A stretch of 64,000 nucleotides of DNA from Bacteroidia bacterium (lineage in GTDB: Bacteria; Bacteroidota; Bacteroidia; NS11-12g; UBA9320). Below, one piece after another: positions 1 to 11,225 of the stretch (position 1 is the first letter of the stretch; every line of letters starts with the position of its first letter). The position numbers and the translations under genes were made by a program. Under the pieces are notes generated by a model, which was not told where the DNA came from, searched no databases, and saw only the letters and a list, made by a program, of their open reading frames with translations. The stretch is from the NCBI GenBank assembly GCA_965216465.1, contig CBDCFW010000006.1, forward strand, positions 768,001 to 832,000, given 5' to 3'.

Positions 1-17
1 AATATTGAAGTCATTTT

Positions 18-1475
18 TTAAGGCGTTTTTCTTTCGATGTGAATCAATTTAGTGTTCTCATTTAGACTGTCAATGGTATGCAAATGGTAGTTCGTACTTA
101 GGGTATCTTGAGTGGATTTGTAAGTGATGAGAAGCGTGTCTCCAGATTGAATGTTATAAATTCTCACACGCTCAAGATCAATACCGGTTTCTTTTTTCAA
201 TTTTCTAACATAAAAGATATGAGGCTCAAGGCCATAATCTAAGTCGAGTAAAATTTGCGTATTGTGGGTTATTTGATTTCTTAATCTGTCGTTTTTCAAA
301 AAGTAGGATATTCCATTAGCCTCCCATTCATAGTATCTTTCTGTTGGGAGAACTGACCATTGATGGGCTTTTGAATAGGGGTAGTATGCTAACCCTAACA
401 CCGCTATCGCTTGAATCACTATGTTTTTAGTTACTTGGTTAAAAACTACAAAAAGAGATATGGAAAGGAGGCTTGCAAGAATTGGAAATATCGGTGCATC
501 GTACCAAAAATTCTTAGTCCCTAGAGATATAATAACCATAAAAAACCCACCAATTAATAGCAAATTCAAGTACGTCTTGCGAATAGTTGTTTTGAAGACT
601 AAAGGAAATATCAAAGCAGGCAATAAGTAAACCCAAAACCTAAACTGCTCAGTTCGAATTAGGTTGAAGTAATACCAAAATCCTTCATCTCTAAATTGAA
701 GATTATCACTTTTATTAATGTATCGGGGGAACAGCTCGTCATTCCAAACTAAAGACAAATATCCAGGTTGTTGAACTTCTCTTAAACCGTAATATACCAC
801 CAATGGGAAAAGACCAGCGAGTAGGGCCAAGTAAAAATGCTTATTGGTGAGCGTAGTCTTCAAATGACCACTAAGTATCAAGCAAGCCAACAAACCAGGA
901 AACAAGACCATAATGGCGATACTTTTAGTCAATATGCCCGCACAAGTGACCAGAGCTATTCCGTATAATCGCGTTGATTTGGGATCTTTTAAGTACTCGA
1001 GAAAAAGATATATGAGCCAAGTACAAAACAATACTAACAAAGCATCATGATCCCCAAACCGACCTACATGACGACCATAAAAACCGAAGCTGGTAACAGC
1101 AATTGCAGCACCCAATAAACCAAAGGCAAGATTTCTTGTTGATCGATAAACAATTAGAAATATAAAGAGCATCGAACCCAGTGATGCAAGTACTGATGGA
1201 AGTCGAATGGCTAGCTCGGTATAACCAAAGAAATGTATGCCAATTACTTGCAACCAAGTGAGTAGGGGAGGTTTAAGGTTATAAGTCTCAGGCTCATAGT
1301 CAAATGTTCGAATAAGGTAGTTGCCAGACTCGTACATTTCAACCGCGTTAACGGCATTTCGGGCCTCATCCCAAATTCTCAATGGAAGAGAGTCTACCTT
1401 AAGCCATAAGGGCACACTTAAAACTCCAAAAGAAACCAGAATGATTAAAAGTTTTGTTGTGTGTTGACGAGACAT
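18..1475 (-). CDS. ArnT/PMT-like (GT-C fold) integral membrane glycosyltransferase
   Basis: N-terminal WDE motif (RIWDEARNAVNAVEM), KPPL motif, RLPS, multiple hydrophobic TM segments. Confidence 0.8.
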   Translation of the reverse strand: MSRQHTTKLLIILVSFGVLSVPLWLKVDSLPLRIWDEARNAVNAVEMYESGNYLIRTFDYEPETYNLKPPLLTWLQVIGIHFFGYTELAIRLPSVLASLGSMLFIFLIVYRSTRNLAFGLLGAAIAVTSFGFYGRHVGRFGDHDALLVLFCTWLIYLFLEYLKDPKSTRLYGIALVTCAGILTKSIAIMVLFPGLLACLILSGHLKTTLTNKHFYLALLAGLFPLVVYYGLREVQQPGYLSLVWNDELFPRYINKSDNLQFRDEGFWYYFNLIRTEQFRFWVYLLPALIFPLVFKTTIRKTYLNLLLIGGFFMVIISLGTKNFWYDAPIFPILASLLSISLFVVFNQVTKNIVIQAIAVLGLAYYPYSKAHQWSVLPTERYYEWEANGISYFLKNDRLRNQITHNTQILLDLDYGLEPHIFYVRKLKKETGIDLERVRIYNIQSGDTLLITYKSTQDTLSTNYHLHTIDSLNENTKLIHIERKTP

Positions 1476-1480
1476 TAAGG

Positions 1481-3307
1481 CTATAAACCTTCAAAGAAAA
1501 GCTCTTCTTTTGATTTTCCTTCCTTAATTCCGTAATATAACTTACGTGATTCTACAGCATAAAGACTTGAGCTGTATTCCAACAAGATTCTCTCAAAAAG
1601 GTCAAGTGCTTCTTGAGGTTGGTCAAGTATATGTAGGTGAATATTAGCCGCACGATACAGTGCATTGTCAGCCAGAATATCATTCCCAAACTTGTCATAT
1701 ATCTTGCTATATAACTCGTTTGCAGCTAAGTAGTTACCTTGTTTTTCTTCAACTTTTGCTTTTAAGTAATAAATCTCATCATTGAGCGAATGGTTGGGGT
1801 ATTTAAATGGCAGCATCGTTAAGATTTCGGTGCATTTGTCTATTCGATTTTGAACCAAATAAAATTCTGCCTGAGCATACTCTTCCATAGCTTCATAAGT
1901 AGAGTCTAACCCAATATTGTCTTGTATCAGAAGCGACAACTCAATTGCATTATTACTAATCAGCTGAGAGGTAGCAGTTTTTAAAACGTCAAGTTGATTA
2001 TTTGCCCAATCGAAATCTCCGGTGTAATACGAAAGTTGCGCACTTTTAAACTTGGCTTCCTGGCCTAAAGCTTCTTCTTTAAAGTCTTTGTCTACCTGGC
2101 CATACATTAATTTTGCATCCCAAATTTCATTTTTAATGAGGTATGCATCGCCTAACAAAATTTTTGCTTGAGCAATAAAGCTATGATTCACGCGTCTAAT
2201 TTGCACCAGCTCTTCAAGAATCTTAATTCCGTCCGAAACACGATCACCGTAGTAAATATAGAGCTCGGCTAATCGGTACATGCTGGGTGCCGTTTGGTAA
2301 TTTGAACCATTTAACTCAATGAAATTCTCAACTGTACCAATTAGTTCAGTAACTTCGGTTTGCTCAGGTTTAAATGAGCTTGTAACCTTGAGATACAAGG
2401 CATTGATCATGCCTATTTCTGCTTCAAGCGGAGTTGCTAAACTCGATTCTAATTCTTTGACATATTTATAGCCTTTGGCAGCTGCGTCGTAAGCCTGATT
2501 TTGAATGCAGATTTCTGCAAGATTCATCACACGAACCCCTTGTTCCTTATTTCTTCTATCAATCGAAATTACTTGTCGCAGTGCAGCGTTATACTTTTTC
2601 TGTAGAAGAAATATTTCAAGTAATAACTCCTCAAACACAACCTTGCTTGGATTTTTTTGGATATAGAATAAGGTTCTCTCTTGTAAATAGGCCGCACTTT
2701 TTTTGTTTTCGTAAACAACATCCAGTTTACGCATTACTTCTTCAAACTTTCTTTCGTCTTTGTGCAAGACTTCTAGAGCTAAATCGGTAAGGTCTTTATT
2801 GTTTTTAGACATTCGATACAAACTCAACAACTGAGAAGAGAATGTCATGAAGCCATGCTTGCTTGCTCCTTGCTCAAACGTACGAACAGCATAATCGTTT
2901 AGGTTACGACGTATAAAAGCTTGTGCTAACAAATTGACCTGCGATTGATCACGCGTATGTTTATCTATTATCTTATCGAAATAGGTTTGTGCTTCTTCGT
3001 CTTTGCTGAACTGTTGATATACAAATCCGAGATCAACTGCGTAATACAACTTATGTGGAAAGCGTTTTATTTGCTTTTGAACGAGTTTTTCAGCATCACT
3101 TTCTTCGTTAAGTGCTATAAGACATTTTAGATAATTCTCATAGATGTACATGGATGAAGGCGATCGCTTATGAAGCTTTTTGTACAGTTCTCCCGCCTTT
3201 TCAAAATCGCCATCTTCATAAAACTGGGCAGCAAGTTTTTCGTCAGTGTTTTGACCTAATGAAGTCAGCGAAACGAAGACTAGTATTATGGAAATGAGAT
3301 GTTTCAA
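1481..3307 (-). CDS. Exported tetratricopeptide-repeat protein
   Basis: Signal peptide; repeated helical TPR-like units (A..Y...G....A...Y); TTG start. Confidence 0.75.
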   Translation of the reverse strand: MKHLISIILVFVSLTSLGQNTDEKLAAQFYEDGDFEKAGELYKKLHKRSPSSMYIYENYLKCLIALNEESDAEKLVQKQIKRFPHKLYYAVDLGFVYQQFSKDEEAQTYFDKIIDKHTRDQSQVNLLAQAFIRRNLNDYAVRTFEQGASKHGFMTFSSQLLSLYRMSKNNKDLTDLALEVLHKDERKFEEVMRKLDVVYENKKSAAYLQERTLFYIQKNPSKVVFEELLLEIFLLQKKYNAALRQVISIDRRNKEQGVRVMNLAEICIQNQAYDAAAKGYKYVKELESSLATPLEAEIGMINALYLKVTSSFKPEQTEVTELIGTVENFIELNGSNYQTAPSMYRLAELYIYYGDRVSDGIKILEELVQIRRVNHSFIAQAKILLGDAYLIKNEIWDAKLMYGQVDKDFKEEALGQEAKFKSAQLSYYTGDFDWANNQLDVLKTATSQLISNNAIELSLLIQDNIGLDSTYEAMEEYAQAEFYLVQNRIDKCTEILTMLPFKYPNHSLNDEIYYLKAKVEEKQGNYLAANELYSKIYDKFGNDILADNALYRAANIHLHILDQPQEALDLFERILLEYSSSLYAVESRKLYYGIKEGKSKEELFFEGL

Positions 3308-3365
3308 ATTTTATGTAGCGAATATACCTCCACTTTATGGAAGTACCATTTCTGCAGTACTTAAC

Positions 3366-3381
3366 GCAAATAAAATGCCAA
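3366..3381 (-). promoter_or_regulatory. Sigma-54-like -24/-12 promoter upstream of the TPR gene
   Basis: Minus strand reads TTGGCATTTTATTTGC, with exact GG-N10-GC spacing. Confidence 0.5.
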
Positions 3382-3449
3382 GCAGGTATGTTTTATTGTC
3401 TTTTTTCAATCAAATGATTAAAAAATTAGGTAAGCACTTGATATAGTCG

Positions 3450-3457
3450 TACCTTTG
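3450..3457 (+). promoter_or_regulatory. Bacteroidota sigma-70 -7 box of guaB
   Basis: TACCTTTG matches TAnnTTTG, 31 nt before the ATG. Confidence 0.6.
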
Positions 3458-3488
3458 TGCGGCAAATAACTATATCTGTTTATTTGCA

Positions 3489-4961
3489 ATGAGTCAAAAC
3501 ACAAATTCCAAAGTTTCTTATCTCGGTTTAACATTTGATGATGTCTTGGTATTGCCACGATATTCTGAGGTCTTACCACGTGAAACCACTACTAAAACCA
3601 AGTTAACCAAGAACCTTTCTATCAACATTCCTATCGTAAGTGCTGCTATGGACACCGTTACAGAAGCCAATCTTGCAATTGCAATTGCACGAGAAGGAGG
3701 AATCGGTATTGTTCATAAAAACATGAGCATTGAAGATCAAGCGATGCATGTTAAAAAAGTAAAGCGTTCTGAGAGCGGAATGATTAAAGATCCTATTACG
3801 TTAAAGAAGGATAACACCATTCAAGATGCACTCAATGTGATGAAAGAGAATAGAATTGGAGGAATTCCTATTACTGACGGAAATGAAACGTTAATAGGTA
3901 TTATTACGAACAGAGATCTTCGTTTTCAGGTTGACATGAAAACTTCAATTGGAGAAGTAATGACTTCAACCAACCTCATTACGGCATCAGAAGGTACTGA
4001 TCTTAAAGAAGCAGAAGCAATTTTACAGAAACATAAAATTGAGAAACTTCCTGTTGTTGATGATGACAATAAGCTTTTGGGCCTAATTACTTTTAAAGAT
4101 ATTCAAAAGGTTAGTCACCATCCAAATGCATGTAAAGATGAATTTGGAAGACTAATGGTTGGAGCAGCAGTTGGAGTTACAGCCGATACCCTTGAACGTG
4201 TTACTCGATTGGTTGAAGAAGATGTAGACGTTATTGCAATCGACACCGCTCATGGTCACTCGAAAGGTGTTGTTGACGAACTAAAGAAAGTAAAGGCAAA
4301 ATTTCCAGACCTTCAAATCATAGTAGGAAATGTTGCAACTGGAGCAGCTGCAAAATACTTAGCTGACAATGGAGCAGATGCTGTTAAAGTAGGAGTAGGG
4401 CCAGGTTCAATTTGTACTACGCGAATTATTGCAGGAATTGGAGTACCTCAACTAAGTGCAATCGTTGAATGTGCAGAAGCACTAAAAGGAACAGGTGTTC
4501 CGGTTATTGCAGATGGAGGTATTCGTTACAGCGGTGATTTGGTTAAAGCTATTGTAGCTGGTGCCGATACAATTATGGCAGGTAGCCTATTTGCTGGAAC
4601 TGAAGAAAGTCCTGGCGATGTTTCTTTCTACGAAGGAAGAAAGGTTAAATCTTATCGAGGTATGGGCTCAATTGAAGCCATGAAAAAAGGTTCTAAGGAT
4701 CGTTATTTCCAAGATGCTGAAGAAGAAATAGGCAAATTGGTTCCAGAAGGTATTGTGGGTACGGTAGCTTATAAAGGAAGGCTTGCTGAAGTTGTTTACC
4801 AATACATTGGAGGTTTACGTGCAGGGATGGGATATACCGGTTCTTCGAGTATTGAACAGCTACAAACAGCTTCATTCACCCGAATTACTAACTCTGGTAT
4901 GCGTGAAAGTCACCCTCACGATGTAACCATTACAAAAGAGGCTCCTAACTACTCTCGTTAA
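3489..4961 (+). CDS. guaB: IMP dehydrogenase
   Basis: [19 protein letters not shown] pair, catalytic [15 protein letters not shown]. Confidence 0.98.
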   Translation: MSQNTNSKVSYLGLTFDDVLVLPRYSEVLPRETTTKTKLTKNLSINIPIVSAAMDTVTEANLAIAIAREGGIGIVHKNMSIEDQAMHVKKVKRSESGMIKDPITLKKDNTIQDALNVMKENRIGGIPITDGNETLIGIITNRDLRFQVDMKTSIGEVMTSTNLITASEGTDLKEAEAILQKHKIEKLPVVDDDNKLLGLITFKDIQKVSHHPNACKDEFGRLMVGAAVGVTADTLERVTRLVEEDVDVIAIDTAHGHSKGVVDELKKVKAKFPDLQIIVGNVATGAAAKYLADNGADAVKVGVGPGSICTTRIIAGIGVPQLSAIVECAEALKGTGVPVIADGGIRYSGDLVKAIVAGADTIMAGSLFAGTEESPGDVSFYEGRKVKSYRGMGSIEAMKKGSKDRYFQDAEEEIGKLVPEGIVGTVAYKGRLAEVVYQYIGGLRAGMGYTGSSSIEQLQTASFTRITNSGMRESHPHDVTITKEAPNYSR

Positions 4962-5609
4962 TTAGTCTCTGCTTTCAACCAGAATCAGTACTCCATTCTC
5001 GTGGTTGATCACAGTATTGGACTCTGAACCTGTACTATTATTAGAGCCACTTCTTTCACCAAGTTTAAGGGATTCTTGATTGAGGTTGTACTTTAAGTTT
5101 TCGGTGTAAATGCCATCCACTTCTCCTATAGGGAATAGAGAAAGAGCAGTATTTTCTGGATATACCTTGGTGAAATGTTTGGGTAGCACAAAGGCCTTTG
5201 AATGGTCATCATATAGCACTACCTTAACATGCTTGTATTTGGCCAGAGTAGCAAAGTTGTTAACCGTATGATCGAGTCTTTTTCCAGTTGCCCATACCAC
5301 ATTTACGTTTTCAAATCCACGCTCGATTAAGTAGTTTAAACCCTTTTCTAAATCGGTGGTTTCTTGGTCATCAACTTTAATAAATTCAACATTTGGCAAG
5401 TCTGGTATTTCGGTTATTGAATCAAAATCTCCAATAACAACATCGGGCTTGATTTGTAATGATCGAACACGTTCAAAAGCTCCGTCGAGCACGACTATAA
5501 TCGGACACCATTCAAGCAATTGAGTTAAAAGTGTGTACGAGCACATTTCTCCGTTTGCTATGATCAAAGGTGGCTCCTGGCCTTCTTTTACAAAGTGGTG
5601 TGATGACAT
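4962..5609 (-). CDS. thiN: Thiamine diphosphokinase
   Basis: MSSHH start typical of Bacteroidota, GDFDS, DQETTDLEK, RLDH. Confidence 0.92.
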   Translation of the reverse strand: MSSHHFVKEGQEPPLIIANGEMCSYTLLTQLLEWCPIIVVLDGAFERVRSLQIKPDVVIGDFDSITEIPDLPNVEFIKVDDQETTDLEKGLNYLIERGFENVNVVWATGKRLDHTVNNFATLAKYKHVKVVLYDDHSKAFVLPKHFTKVYPENTALSLFPIGEVDGIYTENLKYNLNQESLKLGERSGSNNSTGSESNTVINHENGVLILVESRD

Positions 5610-5673
5610 TTTAGTGCAATATTCAAAACAAACTTAACAATTTGTAAATTCTCAAGGCTTAATTTGTATTAGG

Positions 5674-7722
5674 ATGAAAAAGCAATTTGCGATCATACTA
5701 CTACTGACTATTGTACTTATCGGATGTAAAAAAGAGAAGTTCAGAACCGACAGTCAGTGGCTTACCCCAGTGGTAAAGACCAATCTAAATCTCGGCAATC
5801 TTATACCCGATTCGAGCTTGCAGATCAATGCCGATAAAACGGCAAACTTCGTTTTGCAAGAAGAATATGGTATTAGTAGCTTAGAAGATGTACTTGTTGT
5901 TCCAGATAGAGTTGAAACCATTGAAGTAACCCTTAGCAGTCTAGTTCTTGAAGATCGAGAGTTTACCGACACACTTACGCTTGCAGAAATGTACCCTGCC
6001 AGTTTGTTGTTGAATGGACAAACCACAACCTTACCTGCCCAAGACATTAATTCAAGTAACGGAACTGTAATTGATGTTACTGAAGAGTTTTTTACTACGG
6101 CAACGTTTAACGAAGGATTCATTGATATTGAAGTTCATAATGACCTTCCAGTTGAAGCAGAAATCATCGAGTTTGAGTTACTTAATAACGACGATAAAAG
6201 TGTAATACTTAGCGGCGTAATTAACAATCTACCTGCATTTGGTAGCGATACCCAAACCCACTCACTTGCTGGCAAAACTGTAGATGGTGTAATGGAAATG
6301 AATGTTACGCGCATTAAAACTTTGGCCAGTCCAGGTCCGGTTTTGATAGAAGCACATAAGGGTTTAAGAACCAAGTTTTCTGTAAGAGGACTAAAGCCAC
6401 AGGTAGCCACGGCTATCTTCCCTGCGCAAAACCTCATCACAAAAGAAGATGAAACGCTTTACAATTTCGGCGGTGCTGAATTGACTCGAATAATTGTAAA
6501 AGAAGGAGACATCCTTATGAAAGTAGAGTCGACCATTGAGGAAGCTATTATTCTTGATTATAGCGTTCCTAATAGCTCAAAACAAGGTGAACCTGGGTTT
6601 ATCCAAAAAGAATGGACAATCCCGCCTGCACCTCCAGGAGATAAAGTTATTGTTGAAGAGCGATTCCCGATTGATGGATTTGACATCATTCTTAAAGGCG
6701 AAGACAACTACAGTCACCCACTCTTTAATCATATTTACAACGTACTTATTGCTCGAATTGAATATTCCGGTATAGAACGAACGCTTTCATTAGATGATAA
6801 GATTAAAATTGAGTTCGGATTAGTTGATATCAAACCGCATTTGGTTACCGGGGATCCCGGATTGCATCAATTTAACGTTGCAGATACAATTGGTCTTGAT
6901 TTCTTTAAACGAGTTGGTGGTGAAGTGAGCCTTGAAGATGCAACCTTTGAAATTGACATTGAAAATTCTTTTGGCATTGAAGCGTTGATTAACATAAATT
7001 CAATCGTTGGTTCAAACAATAGAGCTCAGCGTAATGTGGGCTTGATAAGTCCTGAGATTTCAAACCCAATATTCTTGAATAAGGCAATAAACAATACAGA
7101 GTTTATTCCAGACACAGTAAGCATTGTACTTGACAAATCGAATTCTAATCTGAAGCAATTTTTGGAGAATTTACCGGATGAGATAAAACCCGATATGTCT
7201 GCTACTATTCGCCCAAATGGCACGGTAAACCAAAGTGATTTTGCTTTTGACCACAGTTCTGTCACGGCAAAATTCACCTTAAATATTCCAATCGCTATTG
7301 GCTTAGACAAGTTGACTCTCGTAACTAAAGAGCCGATTGATCTGTTCAAAAATGAAGAACTTGATCAAGTTAAAGAGGCGACAATTACAATTGATGCAAA
7401 AAATGGTTTTCCAATTAGTGCAACAGTTGAGCTCGAGTTCTTAGATGAGAATGAAAACCTTTTGTTGACGCTGTTTACAGCTGGAAGCAATCTAATTGAG
7501 GCTGCAGAAGAAGATCCACTGGCTGGTAAGGTCACTGAAAAGATGGAGAGTGAAATTAGCACTGTAATTGATCCAGCGAAAATGCAAATCCTTAGAGACG
7601 CTGCATATGTTCGAATTAAAACCATGTTCGACACTGAAGATGCTGCTCGATTTAGGATCTACGACGACTACGATATTGACCTAAAATTAATTACCGAAAT
7701 CACCTATGAAAGTAAGTTATAA
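5674..7722 (+). CDS. Large beta-rich lipoprotein of unknown function
   Basis: Lipobox LIGC followed by KKEK; beta-strand-rich, acidic; overlaps next gene. Confidence 0.7.
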   Translation: MKKQFAIILLLTIVLIGCKKEKFRTDSQWLTPVVKTNLNLGNLIPDSSLQINADKTANFVLQEEYGISSLEDVLVVPDRVETIEVTLSSLVLEDREFTDTLTLAEMYPASLLLNGQTTTLPAQDINSSNGTVIDVTEEFFTTATFNEGFIDIEVHNDLPVEAEIIEFELLNNDDKSVILSGVINNLPAFGSDTQTHSLAGKTVDGVMEMNVTRIKTLASPGPVLIEAHKGLRTKFSVRGLKPQVATAIFPAQNLITKEDETLYNFGGAELTRIIVKEGDILMKVESTIEEAIILDYSVPNSSKQGEPGFIQKEWTIPPAPPGDKVIVEERFPIDGFDIILKGEDNYSHPLFNHIYNVLIARIEYSGIERTLSLDDKIKIEFGLVDIKPHLVTGDPGLHQFNVADTIGLDFFKRVGGEVSLEDATFEIDIENSFGIEALININSIVGSNNRAQRNVGLISPEISNPIFLNKAINNTEFIPDTVSIVLDKSNSNLKQFLENLPDEIKPDMSATIRPNGTVNQSDFAFDHSSVTAKFTLNIPIAIGLDKLTLVTKEPIDLFKNEELDQVKEATITIDAKNGFPISATVELEFLDENENLLLTLFTAGSNLIEAAEEDPLAGKVTEKMESEISTVIDPAKMQILRDAAYVRIKTMFDTEDAARFRIYDDYDIDLKLITEITYESKL

Positions 7723-8917
7723 GACTTTACTTCTATTCTTTATTTTTTATTCTCAAGTTACCTTCGCCCAACAGGATTCGTTTGTGTTTCTAGGCAATAA
7801 TTTTGATGATACTTGGACACCAAACTCTTTCGTCTTGAGTGCAAATGGTTCGATAGCTTCGAATAGCATTAATGCAACCATGTTAACCGACTATTTGGTG
7901 CGTTCTAGTTTTACACCCGAAGCAAAAGAGGCATTTCTTGCAAGAAATGATAAGTATGCAAACTTGTTGTCTCAATCAGGATTTAACTTTGAGTATAAGT
8001 TGAACAATGATTGGGGAATATACCTCAAGGGACAAACTCAATTGGCATTGAGAAGCGAACACAATTTCACTAAGATGGTACTGTTTGGCAATGCTCAATT
8101 CGCAGGAAAAGAAGTGAGTTCTGCCAACTTTAGCTATATCAATCAACAACATGTAGGAATTGGAGCAACCCATAGACTTTTAGACGAGGAAAGTTGGAAG
8201 ATTAAGTTGAATTTTGGCTTTAACAGTATTTTAAACCTTAACCAAATAGACGCCAACAAATTGTCAGTTTTCACTGAGCAATCAGGAGAATATTTGGATA
8301 TAGAAGCGAACAATGTAGTTTATGGTGAAATTTCTGATAACCAATTAGATGGTGTAGGATTAGATTTGGGGATAGACATCCGTTTTGTTGAATGTCAGAA
8401 TGAATTTGGTATGTCTTTGAGTCAAATTTCGCCAGTGTATTTGTTTGATCGGTCTTATGTCAATATTGATACTAGCTTTCGCTTTGAAGGCTTCGAACTC
8501 GATCCATTAAACAACGATAGTTTCACATTAGTTGAAGATATTGATTCGACGTATACGGGGATAATCAATAGAGGAAGGCAAGATAGAAAGGTGAGCATGC
8601 TCCCTTCGAATTTAAGTCTGTACTGGATGCATTCGTTTAATCAAAAACATGGTCTTGAAGCTCGACTTTCAACTATCGATCTAGGAAATTATGGCGTTCA
8701 ACTCGACTTAAGCCACCACTTAACATTTACATCTGGACTACGCTTGCGATCAACAATTTCTGCAGGAGACTTTATCGGAATCCAATGGAGTGAAGCTATT
8801 GAGTATTGCACTTCATCGTGGAATATATATGCAGATATTCGCGGTTTAAATGCCATAATTCTTCCAGAAGAGTTCACAGCATACGGTGCACGTCTTGGCA
8901 TTGCCAAACGCTTATAA
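7706..8917 (+). CDS. Putative outer-membrane beta-barrel protein (possibly DUF5723-like)
   Basis: Signal peptide, alternating amphipathic strands (GLDLGIDIRF, YGARLGIAKRL). Confidence 0.55.
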   Translation: MKVSYKTLLLFFIFYSQVTFAQQDSFVFLGNNFDDTWTPNSFVLSANGSIASNSINATMLTDYLVRSSFTPEAKEAFLARNDKYANLLSQSGFNFEYKLNNDWGIYLKGQTQLALRSEHNFTKMVLFGNAQFAGKEVSSANFSYINQQHVGIGATHRLLDEESWKIKLNFGFNSILNLNQIDANKLSVFTEQSGEYLDIEANNVVYGEISDNQLDGVGLDLGIDIRFVECQNEFGMSLSQISPVYLFDRSYVNIDTSFRFEGFELDPLNNDSFTLVEDIDSTYTGIINRGRQDRKVSMLPSNLSLYWMHSFNQKHGLEARLSTIDLGNYGVQLDLSHHLTFTSGLRLRSTISAGDFIGIQWSEAIEYCTSSWNIYADIRGLNAIILPEEFTAYGARLGIAKRL

Positions 8918-8941
8918 AAAGTTTAATCTCAGAAAATACTT

Positions 8942-10213
8942 CTAGCTGTAAAGCGGGAAACGAGCAGTAAGAGCGTGAACTTTTGCTTTCACCTCGTTTA
9001 TCACTTGTTCGTTATCAGTGTTCATTAACACTTCATCGATCAAGTCTGCGATTATTTCCATTTCAGGCTCCTTCATTCCTCTTGTGGTTACTGCTGGTGT
9101 ACCAATACGAATTCCAGAGGTTACGAATGGAGATCGTGTTTCACCAGGAACCGTATTCTTATTAATGGTAATATCAGCAGTTACTAAGGTGTTTTCTGCA
9201 AGCTTACCGGTAAGATTCTCGTCTTTTGGTCTCAGGTCAATAAGCATCAAATGGTTGTCTGTTCCTCCAGAAATAACCTTATAGCCTTTTGCAACCATTG
9301 CTTTAGCTAAAGCTTGTGCATTGCTCATTACCTGCTTGCAATAATCTTTGTATTCTGGACGTAGAGCTTCACCGAAAGCAACTGCTTTTGCTGCAATTAC
9401 ATGCTCTAGTGGTCCTCCTTGTGTACCAGGAAAAACGGCACCATCAAGAATAGAAGACATCATTCGTGTAGCTCCTTTTGGAGTTTTAATTCCCCATGGA
9501 TTTTCGAAGTCTTGCCCCATCATAATCAAACCACCTCTAGGACCTCTCAGGGTTTTGTGTGTAGTTGTTGTTACCACATGGCAATGCTCCATTGGGTTGT
9601 TTAGTAAGCCCGAAGCAATCAGCCCAGATGGATGTGAAATATCAGCTAAAAGAATTGCTCCAACTTTATCCGCAATTTCTCTGAATCGTTTATAATCCCA
9701 ATCTCTAGAGTAAGATGAAGCTCCGCAAATAATAACACGTGGTTTGTGTTCTAGTGCTTTGGCTTCAACTTCATCCATATCGACCAATCCTGAAGTTTGA
9801 TCAACCCCGTAAGAAACTGCGTTGTAAATCTTTCCTGAGAAATTTACAGGTGAACCGTGTGTTAGGTGACCACCGTGTGATAGGTCAAAACCCAATAAAG
9901 TATCACCAGGGTTAAGTAGGCCTAAAAGTGCTGCGGCATTAGCTTGAGCACCACTATGCGGTTGAACATTTGCCCATGCAGCGCCAAATAATTCTTTGGC
10001 TCTATCGATTGCAAGCTGCTCAATTTGGTCTACAATTTCGCAACCACCATAGTATCTTTTTCTTGGAAGACCTTCGGCATATTTGTTGGTACAAACACTA
10101 CCCATGGCTTTCATTACTTCTTCAGAAGTGAAGTTTTCAGAAGCAATTAGTTCAATACCTTCTTGTTGACGTTTTAACTCTTGTCCAATTAAGTCGAATA
10201 CGATATCACCCAT
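8942..10213 (-). CDS. glyA: Serine hydroxymethyltransferase
   Basis: LIASEN, NKYAEG, GGHLTHG, PLP-lysine [14 protein letters not shown]. Confidence 0.98.
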   Translation of the reverse strand: MGDIVFDLIGQELKRQQEGIELIASENFTSEEVMKAMGSVCTNKYAEGLPRKRYYGGCEIVDQIEQLAIDRAKELFGAAWANVQPHSGAQANAAALLGLLNPGDTLLGFDLSHGGHLTHGSPVNFSGKIYNAVSYGVDQTSGLVDMDEVEAKALEHKPRVIICGASSYSRDWDYKRFREIADKVGAILLADISHPSGLIASGLLNNPMEHCHVVTTTTHKTLRGPRGGLIMMGQDFENPWGIKTPKGATRMMSSILDGAVFPGTQGGPLEHVIAAKAVAFGEALRPEYKDYCKQVMSNAQALAKAMVAKGYKVISGGTDNHLMLIDLRPKDENLTGKLAENTLVTADITINKNTVPGETRSPFVTSGIRIGTPAVTTRGMKEPEMEIIADLIDEVLMNTDNEQVINEVKAKVHALTARFPLYS

Positions 10214-10467
10214 TATGCTAATTCTAAAACGGTTATATCGTAGCTCTCCATTACTGCATTTACAAGAACTTTTTTACATGCTTCGTCTGCAATTGATTTT
10301 GCATCATCTGCAGAATCTGCGGTTACGTGCATGATAATTTTCTTTCCAATTTTAACATCTTCAACTTGGTTAAGACCAATTTTGTTTAAACCTTGGTGAA
10401 CCGCTTTTCCTTGTGGATCCAAAAGACCTTTGTGCGGCATGATGTTTACTGATACTTCAAAGTTCAT
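10213..10467 (-). CDS. purS: Phosphoribosylformylglycinamidine synthase subunit PurS
   Basis: [14 protein letters not shown], 84 aa. Confidence 0.93.
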   Translation of the reverse strand: MNFEVSVNIMPHKGLLDPQGKAVHQGLNKIGLNQVEDVKIGKKIIMHVTADSADDAKSIADEACKKVLVNAVMESYDITVLELA

Positions 10468-10468
10468 A

Positions 10469-11188
10469 TTATAATTGTTTTTGAGCTGTCAAAGAAAATA
10501 CTAGATATATTAGCAAACAAAGAAACGCCCCAAAAAACTTTAGAGAGACGATTAATGCGGCACAACATACTAGCATTAAAACTCGAATAATATTCAATTT
10601 TCTATCCTTTGAACCAATCTTTAGAGAGAGTAACTTGATATTGCTTATCATCAATAAACCTCCACCCAAAACAAAAGCAATTACAAACCATGGTGAGTTA
10701 AGAATGGTGTTTGCCAATTCAAATTGTTCTGCAGCCAAGGGCAGAGTAAAGCAAGCAACAGCAAATGCTGGCGTTGGAAGTCCTTTAAAGTGGTCATGGC
10801 TCTGTTCTGTAATGTTAAATTTTGCTAAACGGTAAGCAGCAAATGCTCCTATTAATAGAGCTACATGGTAATGCTCAAATAAAGGAGACCCAAAACTATT
10901 TCCAAATACGCCTTCGTGATATTCATTATGCCAGTAATTGAAGAGTACAAGCGATGGAGCAACTCCAAAGCTTACTACATCGGCCAAAGAATCAAGTTCT
11001 TTACCCATGTTCGATGTTACTTTAAGCACTCTTGCAGCTGTTCCATCTAGAAAGTCAAGAAGTAAAGCGGCAACAGCAAACAAGGCAGCAGGTACAAAAG
11101 CCAATTCAAAAGAAGCCATTATTGCACCAACTCCACAAAGCAGGTTTGCTAGAGTAATAAAATTAGGTATTTGAGCTATTAATCGCAC
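10469..11188 (-). CDS. pssA: CDP-diacylglycerol--serine O-phosphatidyltransferase (CDP-alcohol phosphotransferase)
   Basis: IPNFITLANL, DFLDG..AR...S..GKELDSLADVVSFGVAP, RLAKFN, F.GLPTP. Confidence 0.88.
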   Translation of the reverse strand: MRLIAQIPNFITLANLLCGVGAIMASFELAFVPAALFAVAALLLDFLDGTAARVLKVTSNMGKELDSLADVVSFGVAPSLVLFNYWHNEYHEGVFGNSFGSPLFEHYHVALLIGAFAAYRLAKFNITEQSHDHFKGLPTPAFAVACFTLPLAAEQFELANTILNSPWFVIAFVLGGGLLMISNIKLLSLKIGSKDRKLNIIRVLMLVCCAALIVSLKFFGAFLCLLIYLVFSLTAQKQL

Positions 11189-11225
11189 GGGTGCAAAGAT
11201 GGATGATTATTTCTATTTTTGTTAA

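Noticed and set aside
5610-5673. TPP riboswitch upstream of thiN
   Set aside because: The spacer is only 64 nt, AT-rich, shared with a divergent gene, and has no CTGAGA core
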